From IMG/VR virus record IMGVR_UViG_3300001305_000002, positions 29,340-93,339 of that record: a DNA stretch of 64,000 bases; one strand, 5' to 3'. This stretch comes from a virus. The notes under the pieces were generated by a model. That model worked only from the letters and a program-made list of their open reading frames with translations, ran no database searches and was not told the DNA's origin. Positions 18,253 through 28,405 of the stretch are shown piece by piece; position 1 is the first letter of the stretch, and every line of letters begins with the position of its first letter. A program made the translations under genes and the position numbers.

Positions 18253-18371
18253 TTGACCGTTATTGATCATTGCCTTGCTAGAAGCACACTACCACAAGCC
18301 CCTCAGCGGTGCAACTCGTATTTAATTTGATGCCAGAACACTATCCCGATGCTCTCTCGGTTGTCAAGTCA

Positions 18372-18491
18372 TGAAACGTTTCAACCCAAAACTTGCTCTC
18401 AGTGGTTGCAGGTACGGGATTTTGTCGAGATAAATCAGACACTAAGTCACTGGCTGTAAGGTTACTACAAAAAGTTGACTGAAACGTTTCA
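18372..18491. promoter_or_regulatory. Pair of perfect palindromes TGAAACGTTTCA (LacI-family-type operator candidates)
   Basis: Copies at 18372-18383 and 18480-18491; the first abuts a -35 box. Confidence 0.55.
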
Positions 18492-18977
18492 ACGAACGTA
18501 AAACAGTAAACCCGCTGAGAGCAATTATGAGAGCTAATTTCTCCTAACCCTAGGAAGACTATGGGTTTGGCATTAAAAGCGTCTCAGCGTGGCTCTCAGC
18601 GGGTTTAATCAGGGTATGGGAGGTGGAGTCTGTATGTAGATCTCTGGTCTAGGGATGGTAGGTACATTGAGTTGTTGGATTCTAGGAATTTTAGGATGTA
18701 AAGACAGACGTCATTTGGAAGGGGATTATAAGGGTTTGAAGAGATTTGGAAAGGTTATTGGAAGCTGGAAGAGATTTGGAGACTAGAGCATTCCTTTAGC
18801 TTTCCAGTTCCTCTCAATCAATCTCTTAGCATTCCTATACGTATAGCAATTACAATTACGTCGATCAGCACAATCATTATCATGGTATGCAGTATTAGCA
18901 GCTACATTCTTAGCCGCATGTTCTACTTCCCACGGTTCGGCTTTATCAGCCATTTACTTATCCTTTAGTTAAAAGAG

Positions 18978-19012
18978 CAATGCCCTTATCCTGTATTAGC
19001 GATAAGGGCATT
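18978..19012 (-). terminator. Terminator hairpin
   Basis: AATGCCCTTATC / GATAAGGGCATT downstream of the 19020..19895 ORF. Confidence 0.65.
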
Positions 19013-19019
19013 GATGTGA

Positions 19020-19859
19020 TTAGAAGTTCTTTTCGCAGTAAGGCCCGATGCCTTTGTTCTGGCTATCCGGGTCTGTCAGCTCAATACCGCATACACAACA
19101 CGTTCCAGTCAGCTTACCGAATTGCTTAGCCTCTTCCATGCTCATACGCTTGAAGTCTTTCGTAATGAACCTTTCAGCCATCCCTAGGTATTCGTAGTAA
19201 TACCCATCCTCTTTATTGCCCTTGAGTTCCTTAGACAGAATCCTATCCGACTGCCGAGCCTTGTATGCTCTGATGATTGTTGTTCCATTACTGTATACGC
19301 CATTAGTAATAGTAACGGAATCTTCTTTAGGCATATTCTTTTTTACCAGAATCAGAGCACTAATAGCTTCACTAATGGAACTGTAGTTCCTATTGACATC
19401 GCTCTCTGTAGTATTGGTGTCTTGCATAAGCGACTTCAGGAATGCGATTTGCTTAGATGATCCCTGATTGAGGATGGTAACAGAATGGATAGGCTTAGCC
19501 GGAAGGGCTAGGAGTTTCTCGATAAGAGCACTGCCTCCCTTAATACCCATTGTGTGAACAAGGGAGGGATCGATTGTCTGACCGGGGAGGATGTTGAGAG
19601 TAGAGAGATCCTTGATCATAAGCAGCTTGAGGATGAAATCAACCTGCTTTTTGGAGATCGTACGAACGACGCCCGTTCCGCAACGTTGTCCAGCAGGCTT
19701 AGAACGGGTGCCGGTTTCATCGGGAGAAACAGTAATGATTTCCATTGTGTCAGAATCAGACGCTGTGGCTTCGATGTTGGCTTTGCGCTGAGATTCGCTG
19801 ATACCAGAGTGGAAAGCCTGTAGCCACGATGCCCGGTGATTCTTAACGTCCGGCATGTT
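19020..19859 (-). CDS. Hypothetical protein with C-terminal DUF6011-like zinc motif
   Basis: FGKLTGTCCVCGIELTDPDSQNKGIGPYCEKNF; GGGAG RBS before MPDVKN. Confidence 0.65.
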   Translation of the reverse strand, partial: NMPDVKNHRASWLQAFHSGISESQRKANIEATASDSDTMEIITVSPDETGTRSKPAGQRCGTGVVRTISKKQVDFILKLLMIKDLSTLNILPGQTIDPSLVHTMGIKGGSALIEKLLALPAKPIHSVTILNQGSSKQIAFLKSLMQDTNTTESDVNRNYSSISEAISALILVKKNMPKEDSVTITNGVYSNGTTIIRAYKARQSDRILSKELKGNKEDGYYYEYLGMAERFITKDFKRMSMEEAKQFGKLTGTCCVCGIELTDPDSQNKGIGPYCEKNF

Positions 19860-19942
19860 GTGCTCCCTTGTTGTTCTGTGCTGTTGGGAGAACACTACCT
19901 CAGCCAGTCAAGCTGTGTCAACTAGCTGAGGTAGAAAGTTTT

Positions 19943-20419
19943 CTAGGCGTACAGGAACTGAAGTACTTCAGTCTCAGTAACCGTACCGACACAGAGAGCA
20001 AAAGCAGGGTTGAAGACTACTTGACCGTTATCAATTCTCCAGTCAATGCCTTCCGAATCGTCCTCAACATCGTAGCATACGATATGCCATTCATCCGAGA
20101 TACTCAGGTTATCCCTAGGAGGACACTTGCAATAGTTATAGAGAGAATCATCAGGAAAGCAGCTATCCCTATCGAGACAAGAATAGTCAGTGCCGATCCA
20201 ATTGTGCCATTGCTCAGCAGTAACGGCGCACCTTTCGTGTTCCATTATCTCCCAGGGAGGACTACCAGCCAATCCGAAATTAGGTACAGGCTGCACATCC
20301 TCATTGTAGCTGTAACACCGCTTGTAGGTTCCGTGACCGGTAGCGGACGTTCCGTCAATCTTGTATCGACTATCGTTGCCGCAGTGTTCCCGCTTGTGCT
20401 CTACACGGAAAATCAGCAT
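19943..20419 (-). CDS. Hypothetical Cys-containing protein
   Basis: 158-aa ORF flanked by promoters. Confidence 0.55.
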   Translation of the reverse strand: MLIFRVEHKREHCGNDSRYKIDGTSATGHGTYKRCYSYNEDVQPVPNFGLAGSPPWEIMEHERCAVTAEQWHNWIGTDYSCLDRDSCFPDDSLYNYCKCPPRDNLSISDEWHIVCYDVEDDSEGIDWRIDNGQVVFNPAFALCVGTVTETEVLQFLYA

Positions 20420-20830
20420 TGACTCGCCTTTTCTCAGGTGAATGTTCGGTGTTAGGAGAACACTATCACGAGGATGGTTGAGCTGTCTAGGTGGTTTGTG
20501 TGACGTGCATCACAGACTAGCTGTTAGGGTCTACCAGGCTTTCCAGCCATGCTGCCTCACCTACAGTACGAGCCGCATCCTTTTCGATCTGTACGGCGAT
20601 TTCGAAATGCGGGTGATCTTGAGTAACAGAATCCTTAATCTGAGCGGCCCGTAGTGAGAACGAATCATTAACCATCATGAACGCTGCCAGCAACTCGTGA
20701 ACATTCATAGTCTTGAGGGTAGCATCGAAAGTTGAAAGCTGCTCCGGAGTCATAGCGATTTCCTTTTCTGTCAGAATAGGAACGGGGTAGGTAGGACACT
20801 ATCATCAACTACCTACCCGCGTCAAGAGAC

Positions 20831-21271
20831 TTACTTACTCAGCTTAGCGTACTGCTTATTGCGCTTGTGTGCAACCCGACGGCGCTGCTTAGGAGTGAGT
20901 CGATCCATCATCTCCTGAGAATCGTAGTTAGTAACATTCATTCCGCCACTGTAGAAAGAGAGAGTGAGCAAAAGCGAGTCACCGTTAGTCAGGTGGTAGC
21001 CGATCAGCCGGGAAGCCATGCGCTCATTGTAGCTCTTACCCTGATTACGCAGATAGTTACCATTCTGAGCAAGAGCTACAATTTCTCGATTAGCCTCAAC
21101 CTTATCAGCATAGGCGATAGCGTCAAGGTGCGCACCTTCCATCATTACGGCCGCAGCATTAGCAAGCTCAACCTTACGCATTTTAGACAGACCAACCATA
21201 TTGAAATCAGTAAGGATATCCTTAAGCTGAGTAACAGTAAGGGTCTTGAAGTAGTCAAGCGTCGTGATCAT
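20831..21271 (-). CDS. Second protein with N-terminal Rho_N-like domain
   Basis: FKTLTVTQLKDILTDFNMVGLSKMRKVELANAA. Confidence 0.55.
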   Translation of the reverse strand: MITTLDYFKTLTVTQLKDILTDFNMVGLSKMRKVELANAAAVMMEGAHLDAIAYADKVEANREIVALAQNGNYLRNQGKSYNERMASRLIGYHLTNGDSLLLTLSFYSGGMNVTNYDSQEMMDRLTPKQRRRVAHKRNKQYAKLSK

Positions 21272-21746
21272 GATGATTTCTCTTTCTGTCAGAATCGATT
21301 GGCTTAGGTAAGACACTATCAGGCTAGTTCGCTACCGTCAAGCTCATCTAGGAATTGCTTTCCGATGCGGATCATCGAACCTGTTTTCTCGTCTTGCACG
21401 TACACTAGCATACCCGAACCATCATCAGCAAGCCAGGTAATGTCAGGATCACCGATAACAATTCTAGGTAGCAATCCTGGCACACTCGCTAGCATCCTAC
21501 GGGTGACCATTGTATCAGCCTCTATTTCGGATCAGCTTCACAGCATGGCGAGCAACTGCAATCGGGTCAAGAGATTCACCGTATCGCAGATAATCGCCGT
21601 TAGCAACTTCTACAGCCCGATTGTACTGCTGTTCATCAGTAAGTGGAGGTTTATCCATCAGGTGAGGGAAGCATATCTTACAGCCTCTCCAATTACAACC
21701 ACCGTGCGGTGCCAGCATTGTTATCCCCTTATTAAGGCTTATAGAG

Positions 21747-21790
21747 TGTCTCGATCAGGATTCGAACCTGATAACTACGCCAACCGAGAC
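21747..21790 (-). ncRNA. 44-nt tRNA minihelix (acceptor plus T arm; no D or anticodon arm)
   Basis: GTCTCGG/TCGAGAC 7 bp, TCAGG-TTCGAAT-CCTGA, 12-nt connector, A discriminator; intergenic. Confidence 0.7.
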
Positions 21791-23630
21791 TAACCATTAC
21801 TTAGCTTCCGGTACGAATATAGCGATTGCAACGACGCTGAAAACCTCGACTAGAGCGCTCGATCAGTAGCTTACCATCCATATCCATGACATTAATAACA
21901 TGGAAAGGAACTGCCTCGCCCTCACGGTGTACATCAATGTACATTCCGCCATGCCATTCAAAATACAGACCATCGATAGCGTAGTTGCGAATCATTGTGT
22001 TGCCTTTCGCTTGAGGTATGTACAACCTATCAAGTGACTTACTGTCTGTCAATATACAACGTTAGAGTATTTCAGTTGACCAAATTTGTTTGTCATGTTG
22101 TCTCTAACAACAATCGTTGAGCTATAAGCATCTATGATCAAGATACTCATATCACGAATCCAGCGATTAATCTGACAGCGATTGCCTCGCTGACTAAAGT
22201 TTAGTCCGTTATTGGTAGTCAAGCAAGCAAATACTGGTAAATTCTCGGAATACCCATCAAGGATATCTATTACTACTGGCTCATTTTCCATAATCAAAAC
22301 ACTAACAGTCAGGAAACCTAGTGTCAAGCCCTACTTGAAAGAGATCTTGACTTTAGCCGGAAAGCGCTCAGTGAGCTTAAGAGCAAGATCTACCGACCAA
22401 TCGATAACCTCATCCTTAGTGCCTCGCTTAGCCATTTGTCCAGGCTTAGGGGGTGTGTAGGCAATGCGGTCAAAGTCAGGGTGAGAGCTAGCCTCAACAG
22501 TAATAGGAACAATCTTCTTAGCCATGATCTAAGCCTTTCATTCTTGGGTCTTGCAACCCGGTCAGTTACCTAACACTAGCGCAACTGACCGGAAAGCACA
22601 AGCCAAAAACTTACTTGCTCACAACGTCGCTGTGACGATCGTAAACCTTAACGTCGTTACGCAGGATCATCAGCCCGCCACCTGTAGTAACAACCTGAGT
22701 ATAGGTCTGACCAACTGCGACAGTCTTACGAACCTTGAAGACTCGCATACCATCGCTGTACGTGTGATGACTGCGGATGTCCTGAGCCTCAACTTTAGCC
22801 ATTAGTCTAGCCTTTCGTTTTGAAGTAGTGACGTTAGCCTAGCAGACTTAGAGCAGTCGTGCAACCGCATCGTTGAGATCATTTTTAACGAGAATGTATG
22901 TGTCTAGTCGGTAGTGATAATACAAGCCAGGGCTAACCAAAAGCATTGCATCATCCCTGATTTCTTCAGTTTCGGGGGTATCGCACCACCACTCGATAAC
23001 AACAATGCGCTTTTCCATAGCAACCTTTCTGGTCTAATGAGAATTACTCTAGTACCTTACTGAGTTGCTGTCAAGCCCTAGAAAATTCTTCCTCAATCAC
23101 TCGATAAGCGTCACTCAAAGTCTTGCAGTCACAATTGCTACCAGAATTGGTAGCACAGACAACAGCATGATACTTTTTCGGTTGCTTGTTGGCAAGAGTC
23201 TTAGCTAGAAAATCCTTAGTGAAATTAGCCATCAACCTAGCCTTTCAGCGACGGTGAAATTCTGTCTCAACAGTCCTGCGAGCACTATCATACGCACCAC
23301 AATCGCAGTCGCGGCCTCTATTGCGGTTACAATTGAGACTGTGATTCTTTCGTGGCTTTTTGTTAGCCAGTACGTGAGCTAGATCTTTATCCATTAGATA
23401 GCCGCCGGAATCTGTGCGTAACTGAGCTGGGAAGTAGCATAACTAACCTCGATACCGTCGAGAGTAACACACGCAGTACGGAAGAATCCACTCGACTTAA
23501 CGATCAGAATTTCATTGTCCTCATCAAGATCGAAAGTAACCTTGTCGTTGGGAACGAAAGTGAACGTCATTTTCTTACTCCGTTTCTCGTTGGTAGGCAA
23601 ACCCTACCATGTTCTTACTAGCCTTGCAAG

Positions 23631-23691
23631 TGATTCTAGCAGGATTCGAACCTGATTTTCAGCTACCCGATTGCTTGTAACTGCTAGAACC
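23631..23691 (-). ncRNA. tRNA-like element with acceptor, T arm and a single internal arm
   Basis: GGTTCTA/TAGAATC, CAGG-TTCGAAT-CCTG, internal CAGTTA/TAGCTG hairpin. Confidence 0.55.
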
Positions 23692-23716
23692 ATACCACAC
23701 TGAGCACGTCTGTCAA

Positions 23717-24454
23717 CTACTTAACGTCTGTACGCCCACCATCAAACGAGCCGCTCTCAGCGATCCAATATGCAGCTTGAATCTGATTAGCAGGCATGTT
23801 CAAAAGGTTAGCAACAATCCTGACTGCCTCTGAAATGACAAAGTAACCGGCACCCGTTCCGCCTAGAGCAGTCTCATTAGAGCGCATAAACTTTTCTGCG
23901 ACCTTCTTAGACTCTCCAGTCACATTGCAATACGCATTCATCATCCACGTATCGATGGTAACAGAATCAATACCGGAAGGATATGCGATGTTGTTAAAGA
24001 AACTGCGTCGCTTAGTGCCAGTAAGAGTATCAGAAATGCTCTCGCCACGAGCAATCTTGATAGCCATTGCGACATTAACAGAAATCGCAAGGCCAATTTC
24101 TTTTGCGGCCTCAAGAGCAGAAAGCTCAGAATGCCGACCGAAGTTAGCAAGAATGTCTTCGGCAACATTCTTATTACGAAGCCAAGGCATTCTGGGAGAA
24201 ACAGCAGCAATAACTCCTGCCGCAATCTCAAAAGAAGTATTGTATTTGATGGCAAGATAGTGAGCAAAAGCATTAGCTTGTGCATACCACGTAATAGAGG
24301 AACTGAAAAGCTCTGTATCGATGCTGAAAATCTTAGAGATGATTTCGGCAGTCAGAGATTGCATATCGATGCTGTAGGTAACCATAGCTTGAGCGACAAT
24401 CTCATGCCCGTTTCCGACTAACTGATCGAAACGAGAGATCTCATTGATTTCCAT
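23717..24454 (-). CDS. Conserved phage protein, DUF7178-like / possible HhH glycosylase-like fold
   Basis: WYAQA, AAGVIAAVSPRMPW.RN, GTKRRSFFNNI, VTIDTWM, QIQAAYW motifs. Confidence 0.55.
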   Translation of the reverse strand: MEINEISRFDQLVGNGHEIVAQAMVTYSIDMQSLTAEIISKIFSIDTELFSSSITWYAQANAFAHYLAIKYNTSFEIAAGVIAAVSPRMPWLRNKNVAEDILANFGRHSELSALEAAKEIGLAISVNVAMAIKIARGESISDTLTGTKRRSFFNNIAYPSGIDSVTIDTWMMNAYCNVTGESKKVAEKFMRSNETALGGTGAGYFVISEAVRIVANLLNMPANQIQAAYWIAESGSFDGGRTDVK

Positions 24455-24811
24455 TGTCGGTACCTTCCGTAGCTGCTCTGTGCTGATAAAAGAACACTAT
24501 CACGGTGTTTCTTAGCTGTCAACACCAAAAATAATGGGCAACGGAGCAAGTTGTTATCTAGCCCTTAGCTAGTACGTCTGCTCCGTTGCCCAAACACTAA
24601 CACACTCAGTCGCGGCTAGCAAGTTCCTTGCGAATCTCACGCTTAGTAACGTTACGCTCGCTACGCTTAATCAAGCGACGTTCCTTATCCTTACTCTTAC
24701 CGTGCGTACCGAAGTGACTACACCATGCGGCGTCTCGTGCAACCATACGAGCCATTGAGTAAGCCTCTCTGGAGTTGTTAGGTAAGACTCTAGCCTAGCT
24801 CGGTAGGTCTG

Positions 24812-25264
24812 TCAACTGTAGTCGCTGACAGATCCATGACCTAGATCGATCAAATAGACCTTACCGCTCATTACCTTAACATTACTAGGCGCAAGATCAC
24901 AAATATCAATATTTTTGGTTATCTCATGCCAACAATCAGCCAGACCAGGACAATTAGATGCGTGGTCATTCTCCCAACAATCATTATTAGGATGCTTACC
25001 GCTGATGTATTCTGCCGCAATAATATTTCCTCGCAGAAGAAACATCTTAGGCATTTTAATTCTCGGAGGCAGTGCTACAGAAAGGAAACGTCGGTAAGTA
25101 TTGAATTCATCAAAATTACCGTATCGCAAATTCATATGCTGATCTACTTTAAATACCCATTTAGATCTACCCTTACGAAATACTCTGCGATAAGACCCCT
25201 CACCTATAAGATTGTTAGGATCACTTATGACATCCATTGCTGTTTCATAAGTAGGCACTCTCAT
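24812..25264 (-). CDS. Minimal protein-kinase-like fold protein
   Basis: Gly loop LIGEGSYRRVF, VFKV lysine, DLAPSNV catalytic loop, LIDLG. Confidence 0.7.
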   Translation of the reverse strand: MRVPTYETAMDVISDPNNLIGEGSYRRVFRKGRSKWVFKVDQHMNLRYGNFDEFNTYRRFLSVALPPRIKMPKMFLLRGNIIAAEYISGKHPNNDCWENDHASNCPGLADCWHEITKNIDICDLAPSNVKVMSGKVYLIDLGHGSVSDYS

Positions 25265-25294
25265 AATGATCTACCTATCTTTTCTTTTACTTAA

Positions 25295-25367
25295 GTCCGC
25301 TGATAGGGCTTGCACCTATATTGCAGCCCTGGTGGGCTGAGTTCTCTCATTGTTAAACTACAGCGGT
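25295..25367 (-). ncRNA. Atypical tRNA (Trp-CCA-like) with shrunken anticodon loop
   Basis: CCGCTG/CAGCGG acceptor, D stem GTTT/GAAC, CAGCCC-ACCA-GGGCTG, T arm ATAGG-TGCAAGC-CCTAT. Confidence 0.55.
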
Positions 25368-25457
25368 ACAGGCTTTTGTCGGCTTTCTAATCATTTCCTA
25401 GGATGAATTAGAAATTGTTTTGTACCTGCAAATCCGCGAGAATAAATCCCGCTTAGC

Positions 25458-25528
25458 GCTCCGGAGTGGAATTCGAATCCACATTTCAGTCTTACCGACT
25501 GACGCTTTACCTTTTAAGCTATCCGGAG
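25458..25528 (-). tRNA. Atypical tRNA; anticodon register GUA with G33 and a 3-nt variable loop
   Basis: CTCCGGA/TCCGGAG; TCAGT-CGGTAAG-ACTGA; GTGGA-TTCGAAT-TCCAC. Confidence 0.6.
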
Positions 25529-25821
25529 TCTACGCAGCGATAATAAGTCGCTGGCAGAACGTTTAATTTTTACAATTATGTATCTTGTCGAAAAGAGGAA
25601 TTACCTTATCTGGCTGACTTGTGCTAGGAACAGTATCAATAAGTAGCCATTTCCCAGTGAAACTAGCTTGAAATGCAATAGGTTCTTTGCAACCATAACA
25701 TAGTTTCTTTTTAATAGGCTTAGCTAGAACAGTAGTTACAAAAGACATTCTAGTTCTAGTAATACCCATTAATCCTCCTAGAATTAGGTAGAACGTTTGT
25801 TGTTACTTCACTCTAGCAGAA

Positions 25822-26151
25822 TCAGTCTTCATCGTCAACGATTCCATCAGGATCAGCATCAGGCTTACTGGACTTGCTAGGGTTAGGAGCGTTCTCAATC
25901 TTGTTAACACAGCGGTAGTCATCATACACAACCGCCTCAAGCTCATCAGGATCAGTGTCACTACGGCTAGGCACCCAAATGAATGCGTTCCGTCCCTGGC
26001 AGAAACCATACCACGAAGTACCCTCGATACGGAAGGAACCGGTAGTGTCTGCGTCAATCTGACGAGTGCTAGAACAGCCAGTGAGTGCAAGAGCACCAAC
26101 AGCTAGAATACTAACAATACTCAACTTCTTACGCAAGGTGTTACCTTTCAT
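25822..26151 (-). CDS. Putative lipoprotein
   Basis: Lipobox LALTGC after a basic/hydrophobic signal peptide. Confidence 0.65.
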   Translation of the reverse strand: MKGNTLRKKLSIVSILAVGALALTGCSSTRQIDADTTGSFRIEGTSWYGFCQGRNAFIWVPSRSDTDPDELEAVVYDDYRCVNKIENAPNPSKSSKPDADPDGIVDDED

Positions 26152-26465
26152 TTGATGTAAGGGTTATCAGTTATGTTCCTCAGCCTACACTGAGCGACCT
26201 AGTGTGTCAACTACTTCTCAAGAGAATTATTAGCGTGCTTAGTGGATTCTTTGACTACCCAAGCACAAGCCGCAGCATAACTAGGAAAGTCTTTATCAAT
26301 TCTCGTTGTCCAACTACTTTGCTGTGCTCTACCTGTACCGTCTTTAAGTTCAAAGCACAACCATGTAACTACTCCAGTACCGTTACTGATTTTAATAAGC
26401 ATTAGTTAGCCTCTCTGCTCTGTTGTGATGCTTTGAATCTAGCAGAGCAGAGAGGCTACGTCAAG

Positions 26466-26765
26466 TCAGTCTTCGTCGTTCACGAGCCAGCCAGGGAAGT
26501 AAACAATAGTAGAAAGGCCCATGCTGTCAGTACGCGGAGACAGGTTACGCCAGTTAGGCACGTCATGACCATCAGCATCCATTTCGATCAGGATCGCAGT
26601 AAGCGCCATCAGAAACATAGTGCTGTTATCAACGACAAAACCAATGCAAGGCTTACCGTACATTGCCCGACCTGAGTAATCATTGCGCAGATTGACATCC
26701 TCAGCAATTTCCTCGGAGATAAGCTCAACAAGGTGATCAAGGTCGGCAGTAGTAATGTGTTCCAT
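26466..26765 (-). CDS. Hypothetical phage protein
   Basis: YSGRAMYGKPCIGFVV...RTDSMGLSTIVYFP, a pattern seen in phage proteins; AGGAG RBS. Confidence 0.65.
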   Translation of the reverse strand: MEHITTADLDHLVELISEEIAEDVNLRNDYSGRAMYGKPCIGFVVDNSTMFLMALTAILIEMDADGHDVPNWRNLSPRTDSMGLSTIVYFPGWLVNDED

Positions 26766-27310
26766 AATGGTTTCTCCTATTTTCCGTTACATTTACGGTT
26801 AATACACTTACCATTTATGATGATATTGCCACAATTGTGGCAATGTCCTTCAGGAATGTTGACCTTAAACCTGATCGATGATAGCATTCATGCCATTCTT
26901 GTAGATAAAGTGCGGTGCGATTTCCGTAACCATCATGTTTTCGCGGTCTCGCAACCGATCGAGCAATTCATTGTATTGTTCAAAACCGATATGCCAAGAA
27001 ATTCCGTAGTCTTCAAGAATGTCTTCAATAGTAGGAACATCTTCAGGCTGCATCTTTGCTCCCTTGTTTGGTATGGCTGAAGCCTATCAAGCCTCAGCCA
27101 TCCTGTCAACCTCAATCCTTAGAAAACTTTGCAGCCTTATACTGAGCTGCAAGCTCTGCAAGAAGGTCTTTTCGGTCGCTACCCTTCATACGCTGCATAG
27201 CTTGCTTTTGCTGTAGCTCATTCTGCAAGGCTTCACCACGCTGTGCAATAGGCCAAACTGGCTTGTCACTCATGATCTCAACTCCTTTATCTCTTAGGTG
27301 TTAGACCAAC

Positions 27311-27994
27311 TTAGCATCGAGTCTTAAGCCTGTCAAGGTTCTTAGCTACGTATACTGCCATCGTAGCAAGATCATTAATCGTAATATCGCCGTACTCATA
27401 AGAATAGTGCTTATTGCAGTATTCAATAGCTGCACCCTTAGGATCAGGTACATTGCGAAGAGTAAAATGATTTACCCAATAAAGAATATCGTTATATGCT
27501 CGATTGTGAACATAAACAGGCTTACCATCTACTTCAATCTTAGCAAATTGCTTTCGCCTATCATCAGGCGTAACAAAGTAGCCGTCACGCTCATAAAGAA
27601 ACGTACCAACATATTCACTAAAATTAGTGTAGCCCTGGTAAGTCAATCCGGCAGTTACATACTCACGAGCATTATTGACAGTCTTGCCGCTGGAAATAAG
27701 ATCATCAATGAAAATCCAGCGCTTACCGATAGTGCCTCGACCAAAAAGACCTAGGCCACCATCATGACATTCAACATCAGGCTTACGCAAGGCAAGAAAA
27801 GGAACCTTGAAATGATAAGCAAGAATAGGAGCAGCAACAAGACCACTAAGACCTAGCGCTACAAAGGAATCAAACTTAACGCCAGAGCCTAGAATTTGCG
27901 TCTCAGCAATTTCAATAAGCTTATGTTGATTGAAAGCAGTATTAAAGTAAGCACCTGAAGTAAAGCTTACCGTCTGAGGATTTGCCAGGGACAT
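27311..27994 (-). CDS. Type I phosphoribosyltransferase-like protein
   Basis: PRPP-binding loop WIFIDDLISSGKT; GLSGLVAAP; ALRKP. Confidence 0.75.
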   Translation of the reverse strand: MSLANPQTVSFTSGAYFNTAFNQHKLIEIAETQILGSGVKFDSFVALGLSGLVAAPILAYHFKVPFLALRKPDVECHDGGLGLFGRGTIGKRWIFIDDLISSGKTVNNAREYVTAGLTYQGYTNFSEYVGTFLYERDGYFVTPDDRRKQFAKIEVDGKPVYVHNRAYNDILYWVNHFTLRNVPDPKGAAIEYCNKHYSYEYGDITINDLATMAVYVAKNLDRLKTRC

Positions 27995-28405
27995 AGTGTT
28001 TCCTTTCTCATTTATGTGCTGACAGCCTAACACAGGAACTAACTAGCGTCAACTACTTCAAGCTCTCGGCGTAAGAACATCGTAAGATCCTTTAGAAAAT
28101 CTTTATCCTGCGGATTATCCAGCAACACGCCAATTTCGTTACCAGCAATCCGGCAGACAATGCCTTCATAACCAATAAAGGATGTCGCATTAGGGATCGC
28201 AGAACGAGCTACACGTACCCGTGAATTAAGTTTAAGTACACCTGTATCCATCAGTCACCCTTTGCAAGAATTCTTTTTATTCCGGTGAGTATTAGGCAGA
28301 AAGTAAAAAAGGGAATCAGGTACGGAATCTCATTCCACGCACTAGGCGTATATGCTATCCAGTACCCAATTCCCATTATTACTACTACCGTTATGATTCT
28401 GAGAA

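Noticed and set aside
17088-24520. Regularly recurring ACACTA...TGTCAA motif as a CRISPR or attC-type array
   Set aside because: Spacing between copies is irregular, the internal 17-18 nt vary freely, and the motif is the reverse complement of a sigma70 promoter
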